A stretch of DNA of 64,000 nt, from the NCBI GenBank assembly GCA_023920165.1, contig CP089280.1, forward strand, positions 1,364,001 through 1,428,000, read 5' to 3'. Of the stretch, positions 1-12,300 are shown one piece after another. Positions within the stretch are counted from its first letter, which is position 1. Every line of letters starts with the position of its first letter. The notes under the pieces were generated by a model. It did not search any database and had not been told where the DNA came from. It worked only from the letters and a program-made list of their open reading frames with translations. Position numbers and translations under genes: made by a program. The stretch is from Curvularia clavata (lineage: Eukaryota).

Positions 1-1243
1 GAGAAGGGAGACACTGAGGTAAGTGAATAGTAGCAAGCCCCATGTTAGTATTACGCTATCTCACATCTTGCAGACTCCTGTTCAATATACTACGCCAGTG
101 TCTCCTCTCAAAGAGAATGAGATTACTCGTATTCCTACAGAGGCGACTTTGCACCCCAAAAAGGCCATCTCACCACAATCAACTTACCACATCTATGAGG
201 AAACCCCACTCGACAAGTGCATTTCGCCGGTAATAGATCCAAAAAGGGAGAGGTGGTCTGGCCCAAGTCTGAAAGAACAGAAAATAAAGCGTCTGCAAAA
301 AAAGGAGCGTGAGAGCTCTGGCCTACCCCCTGTCGAGCCAGATGATGCCGCTTTCTATATGCACCAGCCTTACCTGTCGTTCCATTTACCGCCCCAGGTC
401 CTGTATATGGGCAACAGTAAGTACACAGCGAAGCCTGCCGTCATTATGCACGAAGGTTGCTTTTGGAAGAAGTACACACTACAATTAGGGCCGTCGATTA
501 GCCAACCAGGCGTGATTGACCCGCGCGGTGTAGTAGCATGGCGCCACAATGGAGGCGACAAGAAAGCACTCAAAGCCGACCGCCACAAGCTCAAGGGATA
601 CAAGGTCCGAGGATGGCGACTCTGGGGTGAAACGGGGAAAGCATATGTGCATGCTGTTAAAGCCAACCGAGTGGCAGGCAAAGGCCCAGATCCTGATGTG
701 TTCGATTCAAAATCCGTAAATCCGGCAGTGGCTGAAGAAGTGGTCTGTTTGCGGTGGATGAGTCCCCTTTCCCGTCATACTCGATGCTATCACTTCCGCT
801 ACATGGGTATCGATTTTTATTGGAAAGGAACTGCTTCTGTTCGTGAGTCACGGGCTTGTGGGTTACTATTACGCTTCAATCACTTGAAGCTCGTTGCTCG
901 GTTGCCAATCGTTGACGACAAGAAGCATGAAGAGGACGAGCTTTGTTTGGGACGATATACGTGTTCGATTGCATGCAAGAAGAGTGGCACACTGGAGTTC
1001 TTCGATGCCACCATTCTTCATTTGATTGACGAGTATGGGCCATCGATGCTGGACTTGGGTTCTGTGGAGGAACAGTCAGAGGGGGACGCGGAAGCTGAGC
1101 GAGCTCTGAGATTGAGGAAAAGTAGACTGTATCAGGTATTTGTAGCGACGGCAATGTGCATGATAAAGAGTGAAAAAGAGAAACGACACACGCTAATGGA
1201 GTTGATTCTGGGTGTCGCAGAGGGCGGAGGCGGGGCTGCGTGA
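1..1243 (+). CDS. Hypothetical fungal protein, 5'-truncated by the window edge
   Basis: Exon 1-18 (EKGDTE), GTAAGT..CAG intron 19-73, in-frame exon 74-1243. No domain recognised. Confidence 0.7.
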
Positions 1244-1458
1244 AGATATTTAAGGAAACGACACTGGTCCAGTGTGTATATACTATTTTTTTTCTCGAAA
1301 TAGCAGATCCAGTATTTTCTAGGAACCTATGGAAAATGGAGGCCGTGATTGTTCCGGCGCGATGACGTTGTTCCCATCGCGTGTGTGAACTACGAATTGT
1401 CTGTGCTTTCCGAGACATTCTGTAGCAACCATCCCACTACTCCCAATACTTCATAACC

Positions 1459-2430
1459 ATGTCACGACTGGCCATTTCTCGCGTAGTCCTACAGCCTACT
1501 TTCCATGGCGCCGTTCGCGCACCACTGAGACCCATTGAGGCGCCAGGCTGCGTTCTGTAAGCCTCCAATGTTGCTTCGCGCAAGCATCAAAGCTGTGCTC
1601 CGCTCACACCACCTAGGCCTCTTCTTCGTGCCTCGACACCACAATGCTCTTCCCATGCTGTTCGCGGCTTCTCTGTAACCTCGCAAGTACAAAAAAAGGC
1701 TGGAAAAGCGAATAAATCTCACGCCCGAACCGACTCGAGCCCACCAGTCAACAGAGCTGGTATGCCCACCCCCACCGACGAGGCCTACGATGTCTCTGGC
1801 TTGGAAGCGCAGATACTCAAGGCGATTGAGAAGCTCACGCACGAGCTTAGCCAGCTGCGTAGTGGGGGAAAGCTCAACCCGGATATTGTGGAAAGCTTGA
1901 AAGTACAGCTGGGTACTGCTGGACATGGGAAAGAGACCGTAAGACTGGGAGACATCGCTCAGGTTGTTCCCAGAGGAAGAGTGCTGAACGTCATTTGTGG
2001 AGAGGAAGGGGTACGTGTGGATCGTGTGGATCCTATTCATGACAGTAGAATGCGGAACGGTTGACCTAACATTCACCAGCATATCAAGCCTATAACTACC
2101 GCCATCGCCGCCTCACCACACTCCCTCACACCCCTCTCCCCTGAGCCATCCAATCCTCTGACTATCCAAGTGCCCCTGCCACCGCCGACAGGTGAATCGC
2201 GCCGAGCCGCCGTCAAGTCGGCCGTCAAGGCTTCTGAGCGCGCAGACAAGCTCATACAACAGGCGCGACAGGAGCATAACAAGAAGTTGCGAAAGTACGA
2301 AGTCAACCGCGAGGTACTACCTGACGACCTGCAAAAGGCAAAGAAGCTGATGGAAGAGGTGGTCAAAAAGGGTCACACAGAGGTGAAGCGTATCAGTGAC
2401 GGCGCCAAAAGGGTGCTTGAAAGCCAATAG
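1459..2430 (+). CDS. RRF1: Mitochondrial ribosome recycling factor
   Basis: join(1459-1556,1617-2010,2080-2430). Arg-rich presequence (VRGFSVTS). RRF-like motifs LSQLRSGGKLNPDIVE, LGDIAQV, VPLPPPTGESRR, PDDLQKAKK. Confidence 0.88.
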
Positions 2431-3321
2431 CCAACGTGCGAGCTGTACATATTATGCTCCAAATTCTGACATAATCTAATGTCCTGAAATGATTAGGAAC
2501 TACTTTTTGCAGCTCCCACCCTCCATCTTGTACTAAACGAGTTGAAAATCCGCTATGCAGTATGGCTTACCTCATAGCCAGACACGGCATAGATCGCCTG
2601 TCGCGTCTACCTTTGTCGTTCCATCCTGAGTATGCTTACACCGATGCAGGTTTCCTTTGCCTGATACAGCGATTTATCTGCGAGTTGCTGCCTCAATATG
2701 AACTGGCTGTCGGCAAGTATGGATAAGAGAAAGACTCGGCAAAATATGGAGTCACCGAAGGACTTTTGACAGTCATGTCTATTGTTGCCGGCCCTCCTTA
2801 CCGTGCCTCAGCCACGACTGACATCACTGCCGATCAACAACGCATCGCACAACGCCTCGCCTCATTTGCTGTCACGCGCATGCCTCGGGTCAGCGCAACG
2901 GAAACGCCGTTTCCGCAGCACCTCTGTCAGAATGCAGAGACGCCGATGTCTGCCTTGATGGCGAAGTATCGGATATGGCCATATCCCGAGGTAACTCATT
3001 GATGCACGCTGCAGTCAGCAACTTGGATAGCCTCGCTTTGCCCGCCAGACCGCCACAACAGGACTTGGCTTAATTATGAGCGTGAGATTTACTCCAGGAT
3101 GTCCCCGCAGTGCGGGTCATACCTTGCATGTATAATAAATCACTCCTCGATCTTGCGAGCGCTCTACAGCCACTTCCCTCTTACGTCTACCTCCCCACAC
3201 CTTGACATCCCCATTGTAAAATTATCGCGACACTGCAGGGACATCGCACAGCAATTACAGAATCATAAATGGCTCCAGTATTGGGGATAGGCAATCTCAA
3301 TAACTAAAGACAAATGTAGTC

Positions 3322-4608
3322 ATGGCGCCGCTCAGCAGCCATATCAGCACTGATGGTAAATTTCTGGCCTTCGATAAGCGATGGCCCGAGCCAGCAACGA
3401 CTCGTACTTCACCACCCACTCGAGCCAGCATGTCGCTTGAGGGTGGTTTCCTAGAGGCTTGGGCACAGGGATACAACGTGGGCAGTTTAATCGTCCTCAT
3501 TTTGATCGTCTTATGTAATTACCGGTCTGGAATCTGGCTCCATAAACTCATTCTACTCGAGGTGAGTCCAACACCTCACTACTGCTGGACCAAAATCTGA
3601 CTAATAAAGCTACTTCTTGCCATCTGGCACGGTACTTTCATTTTTGTCGATGACCCGTACTACGGATGGTATCTGTCATCGACCGCCAGCCTCCTCTTCA
3701 TCTCCTACTTCCTCCACAACGTAGTTGCATGGCTCAAGATCCGGCCTTTCCTCCCATTGTGGGGGTCCCGCCTCTTCATCATCTCGCTGCTCTGTGTCCA
3801 GCCGTTCTGGGTCGCCGAGGCATGGTCGAACTTCGCGTACTTCAACCAACTCCCTAGCGGGTCTAAAGTCAATCTTCGCACGCGCCCATGGGAAGCACTC
3901 GTTCGTGACCCGTGGTGGATCTTCACAACGTGGAAGCTCATCCACGCAATAAAGAAGACGTACACATTCAGTCTATGGACTCTGGTTCGTATAAACAGGA
4001 GGTTCGGCGTCATGCTGGCCTGCATGATACTCTCCATCATCTTCCTGTTGACCGACGCGGCCGTCAGCGCCGCTAAAGTAACCGCAAGCAGCGGCATCAA
4101 TCCTTACTGGCGCTTTGCTCTGATTTTTAAATGCTGCGCAGATGTCATTTTTCTCGACGACTTCAAGTCTGTTCTTGACGACATTCTCATCCATAAGTTG
4201 AGCTCGGTCACCAACACCGTCCCACGCGGATCAATCTCGCGTACCCGCGCCCCCCACAAGCGCTCCTGGTCTACCTCACGCGAGGAATTCATACAGTCTA
4301 GTATGCTAGAACCACCGAATACACCATCCCCTGGCACTCAGAACAGCCAGTTCAAACCCGCGAGGCCAAGCCTTGGTTCTTTTTTCTCTTTTTCTAGGAA
4401 GTCATACCAAGGGTCTACAGAAACACCGATGATTCAAGTACACCCACCCGTGGCAACGGAGTCACTGCAGTCGAGAAGCTTGAGTTGTGATAACAGTAGT
4501 ACGCATAGCCATGTAGTGGCACCGAGGCCGGTACATAAGCTGTATCGCAACCCGGAGTTGCGGGCAACGGAGAGTGACGGGAGTTTATTCATTGGTAGGC
4601 TGGTTTAA
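3322..4608 (+). CDS. Multi-pass integral membrane protein with Ser-rich cytoplasmic tail
   Basis: Intron 3562-3609 (GTGAGT..AAG) joins the two ORFs. Several hydrophobic segments are followed by a low-complexity C-terminus. Confidence 0.75.
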
Positions 4609-5021
4609 CGGGAGATAATACGAAAAAGAGCAATGTCTTGTACAGTAAATGTGTTTTTAGCGGAGCGAAAACGGCCTTGTCATATAAAGGATGCTGGGCA
4701 TGTATTATACCCCACTGGTACATGTTTTATTTAATAGCTCTTGTGGACGAATCCAAACGATACAATTACGAACCCCATGTTCATGGCAGGCTGAAGGTAT
4801 CTGTTTCAGGCGTATAGTGCCTATTGTGTAAGACGTGCTCGTGATAAGACTTGGGGCTCTGGGCCAAAGAGTGGGTATATGGAAGAGTCGACGATGCGTG
4901 AGAATGATAAGAGGCCAAGAAAGTATATATACATGGAAAGATATTGAGAGCTGAAAATGACGAACGAGGAGGGCACAAAGACATAAAGAAAAACAGAAAA
5001 AATCGCTGCGTTAGCTTCGTA

Positions 5022-7232
5022 TCATATCCAGCCAGGCGGTGCTCGCACAGCAGGCCGTGGAAGTTGTGGAAGTGGAGGGGATTGGATTAAGTGACTCGCG
5101 CCAGACACTCTCCAGCCTTGCTTTGGGAGCAACCGTATCCGTACCTTGCTGGAACCTTTATCAGAAACACCTCTTGTTGCCGTATCTGACATAATGTCCA
5201 TCTGTGTTTTCTTTGGCAGACCATATAACAGCGTGGGCATCGCTGATGTTTTCCACATGCCGATTTCGTTGTGGCTATTACTTGAAGTCTTGTACATCGT
5301 GGCGGCCAGAAATACGATGCTCATTAGCAGCATGAGCAAAGGGAATGTCATCCATCCCCAATGAACTGCAACATACGTCTCCCGTGCAAAAGCCGTACCA
5401 GCAATGAGCTCATTGCTGTTCGTGTCCGAACGCATGACGTTAGTCATGGCTTGTGCAATCCTCTCCATGTGGTGGGTGATGTTGTTAGGTGAGAGCCATG
5501 GACTGAAGTTGACCTCACGGAACATAACCTGTTTCGTGAAGCTGGTCCTGATCTTTATGTACGGTTTCGCGGTTGGATTGGAAACCGTCAGCATTGCTGG
5601 GAAGATTTCGTCGAGAGCAGTTCCAAAATCTACGAATGTGTCATTCGAAATCCCGAAGGCACTGCTGTTTCCTTTCAAAGTCGGCGGGCGTATGTTGATC
5701 TCGCCAGCAAAATCCACCATAGTGTAATCTCCATATGGCAAGTATTCAGTCTTCCACGGCCATGGCATAGTTGTCGAGTTGACGAAGGTGTTCTCTAGAT
5801 GCTCTACGTAGCCGCCTGAATTATACGCAGAGCGAAACGTCTTAACGCAGAATGAAAGCATACATTCGTGAGCCACAGGACGCTTTTTGTTGTAGACGTT
5901 GTCGACCGAGCCATTCACCGAGCTGACAATCAGTGCATCAAGCATCGGATACTGTACATGGTTGAAATTGATAGAACCAGTACCATAGAGAGCATGCCTC
6001 GCGGGATTCGTAGATAGGGGCAAAGTGCGCATAAGGAGAGTCTCTCCTACTGTGTCGTTCTCTATCCGAAATCCCGTCATAAGAACCGGATCATCACTGG
6101 TAGCATTCAAAAAATAGCCACAAGCAGTTCCTTTGACAGATATGTTAGTCGATACTGCAAGGTACAGTGAGGTGAATATAGCCTGGGATGAAAAGACCGC
6201 TTGGAATTGATAAATAGGATAAGTCGAAAGTAACATACCATTTGGCCATGTGTGTTCAGTACTAGGGCCAGTCGAGTTTCTTATCCAGTCCATTCTCATT
6301 GTGAGGCAGGCATACTCGAGCATGTGTGATACTTCTTCGCATGCACTACAGACTGCCAGAGTCTCGTAGGGTGGCCATTCGCATCGGCTAGTTGGGCATA
6401 CGAGAGGCACCTCAGCTTGGGTAGCGTTACCGACCTTGGTCGGCTCGGTTCCATTGGCATAATAGTAGTAATATAATGCTTTTCGTAGCTCTTGATTCAT
6501 TTGGGACACTGGTATATTATCCCAAGTGTTGTCGTACTGGGGCTCGTACTTGGGCTTGTAACGAACGCTACGGGGAATAGAGCTCTCGCCTTGTAGTACC
6601 CAGCGCTCCGGTAGATCTGTCACCTGTTGGAAGAATGTATCAATTGCCAACAAAGATACCGTTAACAGAGCGCCTAGTGCAGCAAGCGATCTGCCTCTTG
6701 TACGACATAAGAGCATGAAGGAGCCCCATGCCCCACGCGACGCCTTATCGAAGATTTCGAAATCAAACGCGTCCCTAGATTTCTTGCCATGAAACCACGT
6801 CCATTTTAGCTGGCCGATAGCCTCAGATATAGGTAGGATTAGTGCTGCTGATGCGACTTTAGAAAGAACCGTGATGATGGTTAGACCTAAAGGCCACGTG
6901 CTAAGGGACCGATCATGAAGATAGCATAGTATTCCTATAATCGCCCCTTTTGGTTCGTTAGTCCTGAGATTGGTATGATGGCACAAGCTGAAGGCCTTAC
7001 CCATACAAGCTGCGCTTGTTATGACGCTAAGAATTTCGAACAACCAACGTTTTAGAAGACTTTCAGACGCATTGTATTGTGCGAGCTTTTGCTCGACACG
7101 GCTCAGAAAATCGAAGGAACGCTTTTCGTTGTCTGTGGCTTGAAATGTCTTACTTGGTGGACTGGGCCCATACGAGTATGGAAATTGAGGTTCATTAGAA
7201 GGAAAAGGTGGGACCCTCTCTGTTGTATACAT
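5022..7232 (-). CDS. DUF3176-family membrane protein
   Basis: Signature LILPISEAIGQLKWTWF..DFEIFDKASRGAWGS. Two probable in-frame introns, 7000-6947 and 6238-6131. C-terminal YVAVHWGWMTFP..WKTS motif. Confidence 0.85.
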   Translation of the reverse strand: MYTTERVPPFPSNEPQFPYSYGPSPPSKTFQATDNEKRSFDFLSRVEQKLAQYNASESLLKRWLFEILSVITSAACMGKAFSLCHHTNLRTNEPKGAIIGILCYLHDRSLSTWPLGLTIITVLSKVASAALILPISEAIGQLKWTWFHGKKSRDAFDFEIFDKASRGAWGSFMLLCRTRGRSLAALGALLTVSLLAIDTFFQQVTDLPERWVLQGESSIPRSVRYKPKYEPQYDNTWDNIPVSQMNQELRKALYYYYYANGTEPTKVGNATQAEVPLVCPTSRCEWPPYETLAVCSACEEVSHMLEYACLTMRMDWIRNSTGPSTEHTWPNGMLLSTYPIYQFQAVFSSQAIFTSLYLAVSTNISVKGTACGYFLNATSDDPVLMTGFRIENDTVGETLLMRTLPLSTNPARHALYGTGSINFNHVQYPMLDALIVSSVNGSVDNVYNKKRPVAHECMLSFCVKTFRSAYNSGGYVEHLENTFVNSTTMPWPWKTEYLPYGDYTMVDFAGEINIRPPTLKGNSSAFGISNDTFVDFGTALDEIFPAMLTVSNPTAKPYIKIRTSFTKQVMFREVNFSPWLSPNNITHHMERIAQAMTNVMRSDTNSNELIAGTAFARETYVAVHWGWMTFPLLMLLMSIVFLAATMYKTSSNSHNEIGMWKTSAMPTLLYGLPKKTQMDIMSDTATRGVSDKGSSKVRIRLLPKQGWRVSGASHLIQSPPLPQLPRPAVRAPPGWI

Positions 7233-8303
7233 CCTCGTATGAATGTATGATGACTGAGATTTGGAACTGCGTACTCGGTGCCAGCGTTACTTTGAATGAT
7301 TTGATAAAGTTCATGATTGGCAGCCATATCCGCAGCAACCAAGCCTCTTTGCAAAGATAGATACCAGATGCCAGGAGCTTATCGGCTGCCGGCAGGCGAG
7401 CGGCAACTTGCCCAGTCAAGGTCGTCTAGCTATCAGTCCGCGCTTCGACAATTAACCGACAACACACGCATAGCTCTAGAATAGAAAATTAAATTGCTTA
7501 GCTATAGGAGTATAGTTAGCGCCGTACTTTGACAACACATAGGTTGTTGGGCGGCTTTGGGGGAATAGCGGTTGTCGTACCAATCATGCGGCAATCTTTC
7601 ATTTTAGCGCCGTGGCGCAATGCTCTACCAAGAACCAGTCCCGACAAGGTTAGATGAAATTGTGGGCGCTGGTTGGTGATATGGTACACAGTACCTGCAT
7701 CCAATACTGAATATAAGCGCCGAAAGTGCTTCGGTTTTGAGATATGGCTTACGGGGCACAACACAAGGCGATTTTCGTCCCTCGACGACATGCAGCAGAA
7801 GCAGCGGTGTCCTGGTGCAACCATTCTCCATCTGATCCGGCGGGCAGTGTTAAACGTGGGGGCCATCTCAAATACTGTATCGTGGAATGTTGAACGTCAC
7901 TTGCAGGTGAATGGCAAACGAAGTCTCAAAGCAAGTCACGAATGACACACATGTCCATGTTGGAAGTGCTCAGAATGGTGGGAAGTTCTGTGGATGCAGA
8001 GTATTTGGCGCAGAGAAGCTTATAGTTCATAGGGCAAGCAACGAGATTATGTTGTTGCCACAGAGGACGTGTATGTGCGCATCCAGGAGGAGCGTTTGTC
8101 GGCTTAGTTGTCAGTCATGTGACAAATTTCATGTAATAGGATTCATAATCCAACCTGCCTTCACTTTGCCCTCGTTTATGCATGCTGTCGGTTTCCTGTT
8201 CGGGCATAGCGCCTTGGCATGTATATTATGTACTTTAGTCTCACTCACCTGGACTGTGTACACTCAATCAAGCTTGTATTACTTTTGTCCGCCTACTTGT
8301 TTT

Positions 8304-8859
8304 GAAGACTCCTTCGTGCCAATGGCACAACTTAGGGAGGTCGTTTCTGAATAGTGGACGCCTGGGGGCAGCGTTACCATGCGCGCTCCCATTCGAACAC
8401 CATGAAGAAACGCCTTCCTAAGGACAAGCTTTCAGCGCCACCATGCGAGCGCAGCCCAAAGAGGCCCTATCAGATCTCAGAATATCCAACTGAATTCGAC
8501 AATTGATGCCACTTCTCAAGCATCGTAAGCTGGAAGCACTCGGCATATACCACCCAAGCAGTCCTCCTGAAATGTCAATGGCGTTGCCTACCGCCCCCAG
8601 AGAACCACAGCGATACATTGTCGACCGCATCCTTACCAAGAAGCTACGACGTGTACTGGGCACAAGGCGAAAACAATGGCATACGCGATGGCAAGGCTAC
8701 GACTCGTCCGAAGACCCCTTCGTGCCAATGGCACAACTTAGGGAGGATGTTTCTGAATAGTGGACGCCTGGGGGCAGCGTTACCAGGCGCGCTCCCATTT
8801 GAACACCATGAAGAAACGCCTTCCTAAGGACAACATTTCGGCGCCACCATGCGAGCGCA
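8304..8859 (+). repeat. 150-bp direct repeat (8304-8453 and 8710-8859)
   Basis: By-eye alignment gives 8 mismatches in 150 bp; the copies are offset by 406 bp. Confidence 0.95.
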
Positions 8860-8860
8860 A
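8503..8860 (+). pseudogene. Chromodomain relic, probably the C-terminus of a Ty3/Gypsy chromovirus integrase
   Basis: YIVDRILTKK..RKQWHTRWQGYDSSEDPFVPMAQLREDVSE/VDAW follows the chromodomain pattern (Y.VE.IL..Y.V.W.GY...DTW.P..L). A frameshift at about 8758 separates VSE from VDAW. Confidence 0.7.
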
Positions 8861-9315
8861 GCCAGAAGCGCAAATTAAGAAATCATTACAACACATCATG
8901 CTCCTATTGTTCCTTACAACCAATGAGGCAAACGAAATGCCTACCTTTCAGACGAACGGCGAAGGCAACAAGCAGACGCTGATCCCAAAACGGAAGTGCT
9001 ACAGGTGGACAGCTCCCAATACGGATACGCTACTGCCTTCACCTTATCACCATTCCTACCAACACTCATACCTTTACCCACAAACCTTTTCTTCTTCTCA
9101 CTAATTTCAACCGCATCCCAAGAAATACACTGATACCCACTCCTGTAAAGCAATTACTGCTGCCTACCCCATCCCCAATCCCCATTTTCACGCACGGCAA
9201 CTACTGCCACCCATCGTTTGTACCCCATCTCACCTATATCCACCCACTTCTACCCTTGCCTACCATCATTCACATCACAACCATTGTCGGTAAGGCTTCC
9301 GTCAAAGTGAAAGCC

Positions 9316-12300
9316 ATGAAGACCGACGATGGCAAAGACAAAAAGAAGCCCGAGTTCCTCGAGGGCATCTCATCAGAAGTTCATCAAGAAGTCCACGACG
9401 TGATGGCATCCTACGTCGTCGACGGAGACACGAAGGATCTCAAGGTCGCCAAGAAAATCTCGTCCAGTGACTTGAACTTTCCGCTGCTCATCGCAAACGG
9501 CGAAGATCTCAAGACATGCACCGAGAGCAAGCCGTACATGATCCCTGAGGGCGCTATGCTTCATTTCAAGAAGCGAACACTCCCACCGCGTAGTCGAGCG
9601 CACGCTAAGAAGCGCGAGGCCCAAGGCAAACAGATACGCTTCAACAAACTCGACACGGACAAAATCTTCATGATCACACAACGCCAACTGCCCATGAAAA
9701 AAGAGCTCAGGGCTCTCCTCGAGGACGCCGCCATCAAGGCTAATGCAGAAGGTATCCCAGTCTGGGACTACATCATGCATATGCCAGAAGTCAATCATGG
9801 CCGCCAGCGTTCAAGGTCGGTCCCTGCGTACCAACCCACGAGCAGGCGCAACCTTAACCGAGAGGAGCTCACGCCCGACCTGCGACGCACGGCAGTAGCC
9901 CATTTCGCCGAGACCGCAGCTGGTGTTGGTGGTCTCAGCTACCCGACCAGCGAACAAATCATGACCGAATACCACAGGTTTTTGGCAAAACGTCCGCACC
10001 GCATGGAGGAGGATAACCTGGCTCCTGAAAAAGACGACCAGTCTTCTAATAAACAGGACAACCAGTCTCCAGCTGAAAAGGACACTCAGCCTTCCAATGA
10101 ACAAGACGATCAGCCACCCGCCAATGACGACGGTTGGGCCGACGATAACGGCTGTGCCGAAGGCGACAGTTGGGCCACCACCAAGAAGAGTACCCGAACT
10201 CCCTCCAAGAAGATCACAGACTTCCGTGATTGGCTCAGGTTCGGCCTCAAATGGATGGTAACAGTCGAGCAAATCCTCCAAGTCGTGGACAAGCGCTTTT
10301 TCGTCTTGGGCACAGGTCTCATCCCCGTCAACAAAGCTTTCCGAAACATCAAACAGGCAGACCTAGACCATTATATATCGCTCCAAAATCCGCCAAAGCT
10401 TTTCAATGAAGACAAAGAAAAGGAGGAAGACTACATGCCGCCAAAAGAAAGTTTTGCCAAAATCATGCGTAAATTTGGGGAAAGGGCGGAGGCATACCGC
10501 CGCATCTTTCCACCAGAGAGAAGCCTCACGGAGGTCGCCGCGAAGGCAGAAAAGTTCAAACAAAACAAAGAGGATCTCACGCGCATGTTCATCTGCACTC
10601 AACCACAACACCGTTCATACGGTCGACTAGTCCATACCGTGAACTACATTGACGAAACCACGCCAGATATACAGCTTCAACACGTGGTATACGTCGACCT
10701 CACGTACGAGAACGCGCGGGTGCCACCACGGGATGATACGGACCTGGATTACATACCAACCCACAAGGTGATGGACGTCACTGACCCAACCTGGATACCA
10801 ACATTGAAGAAACTCTTCCCTCAGACCGCAGATATTGATAAGTACTACGATGATGTGCGAACTATGATCAAACTATTGAACCATCGCCTGTACCTGATGG
10901 TGATTAAGCACAACGAGGCCACATGCACAAGCAACCTTTTCACTCACAAGGACGTACCGGAGATGATAAAGGACCTCCAAGTCATGATGAGAAAGTCGCC
11001 TGCTATCTTTATACTCGCACGATCCAGCGATTTTGACCAGAGTATTGAAAAGCTGGTTCAGCAGTTCCGAAACTTGGCGCTCTACAACCCTCTCAACGAG
11101 TTTTTTGTTGAGGTCCTCAATCCATCTCTGACAAACAAAGGCATCAGACCCATGGAGGACCTTCCTAAGTTCACGGCAGTACCCCAATATCATTTCTCGA
11201 ACTGGCAGGAATTCACAGAGCAAGTGGGCATCGGAGCTATAATCGAACAGCGCTTTGCCATAGGCACTCACACCTACGATGGCATCGCCGCCGTCATTCC
11301 CGTGCCTGCCACGTACAAAAGGGATGCAAAGCTGAACATGGCATACCATCTCCAAGTCATGGTGAAGTATGATTCAAACAAGCCGCGTTTGATGCCGGGC
11401 GATTCCGTACTAGTCGATCTGAACCCCAAAAAGGGTGCATCTGTCGCCAGTGAGGTAGTGTGGAAGGGCAGGGTCACTGAGCCAACCCAAGCGACTCCCA
11501 TGGGAACAGTGAGCATCGTTATTGAGCGACCTTGGAAGGAAAATTCTATCGCAGATACGACCGAGTACTCCAAGCTTGAGATTTCTCGCCTCCGTCTGAT
11601 GTCGCCGCCTGAACTCGTTAAATGGACGACAGAGAACTGCAAACGTGGCGTCCAGATCTTCGTGAAAAATGACGAAAAAGAATGCAAAAGGCTTACGGGA
11701 AACATCAGCAAAATGACCATGAGCAAAAAGCATAAGATCGTCTACGAGGAAAAGGCAGAAATGCTCGACAAGATGTGCCAGATGCTGTTGTGCAGGGACC
11801 ACACCATATCTGCCGCCGCGCCGTTGTACCAAGGTATCCAAGACCCGGAGCGAGCGAATGTCATCGAATACATTGCAAGCCTACTTCGACCACACCAAGA
11901 GGTGATATACTCCAAATGGGCGTTCGATGGCATCTACAACAAGACTATCTGGCTCACTGGCCCGTCCGGATCTGGTAAGACGTACCTGGCTACCATGACA
12001 GCACTGCCATATCTCGGTGGAGTCAAGGTTAGTCAAAACGTGATCAATATCCTGAACCACGAGCAGGCTGTTTACTTCCAGCTACAGACACTTGCAGAAG
12101 CAATAAAAGCCCCCACCCAGGCCGGCGGAGACGTTGTCAGCCAGTCCGATGACAAATGTATGGGCAGTTGCAAAGGCAAGAAAGAAGGACCGAAGATCAA
12201 CATCCCAAAACCGGAAAGATCGGACAAGTATGTCACGCAACGAGGTCGCATCACCATGGTGGCACTACAAAACGAAGCGGTTGACAACTTGTATGCGTTG

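Noticed and set aside
1558..1560. Apparent premature TAA in the RRF presequence
   Set aside because: It lies in a 60-nt intron (GTAAGC 1557, GCTCAC branch, TAG 1616), and splicing restores the frame.
8304..8859. Direct repeats as the LTRs of a mini-retrotransposon (TRIM)
   Set aside because: No TG..CA ends, PBS/PPT or target-site duplication seen, and the repeat is a piece of chromodomain coding sequence.
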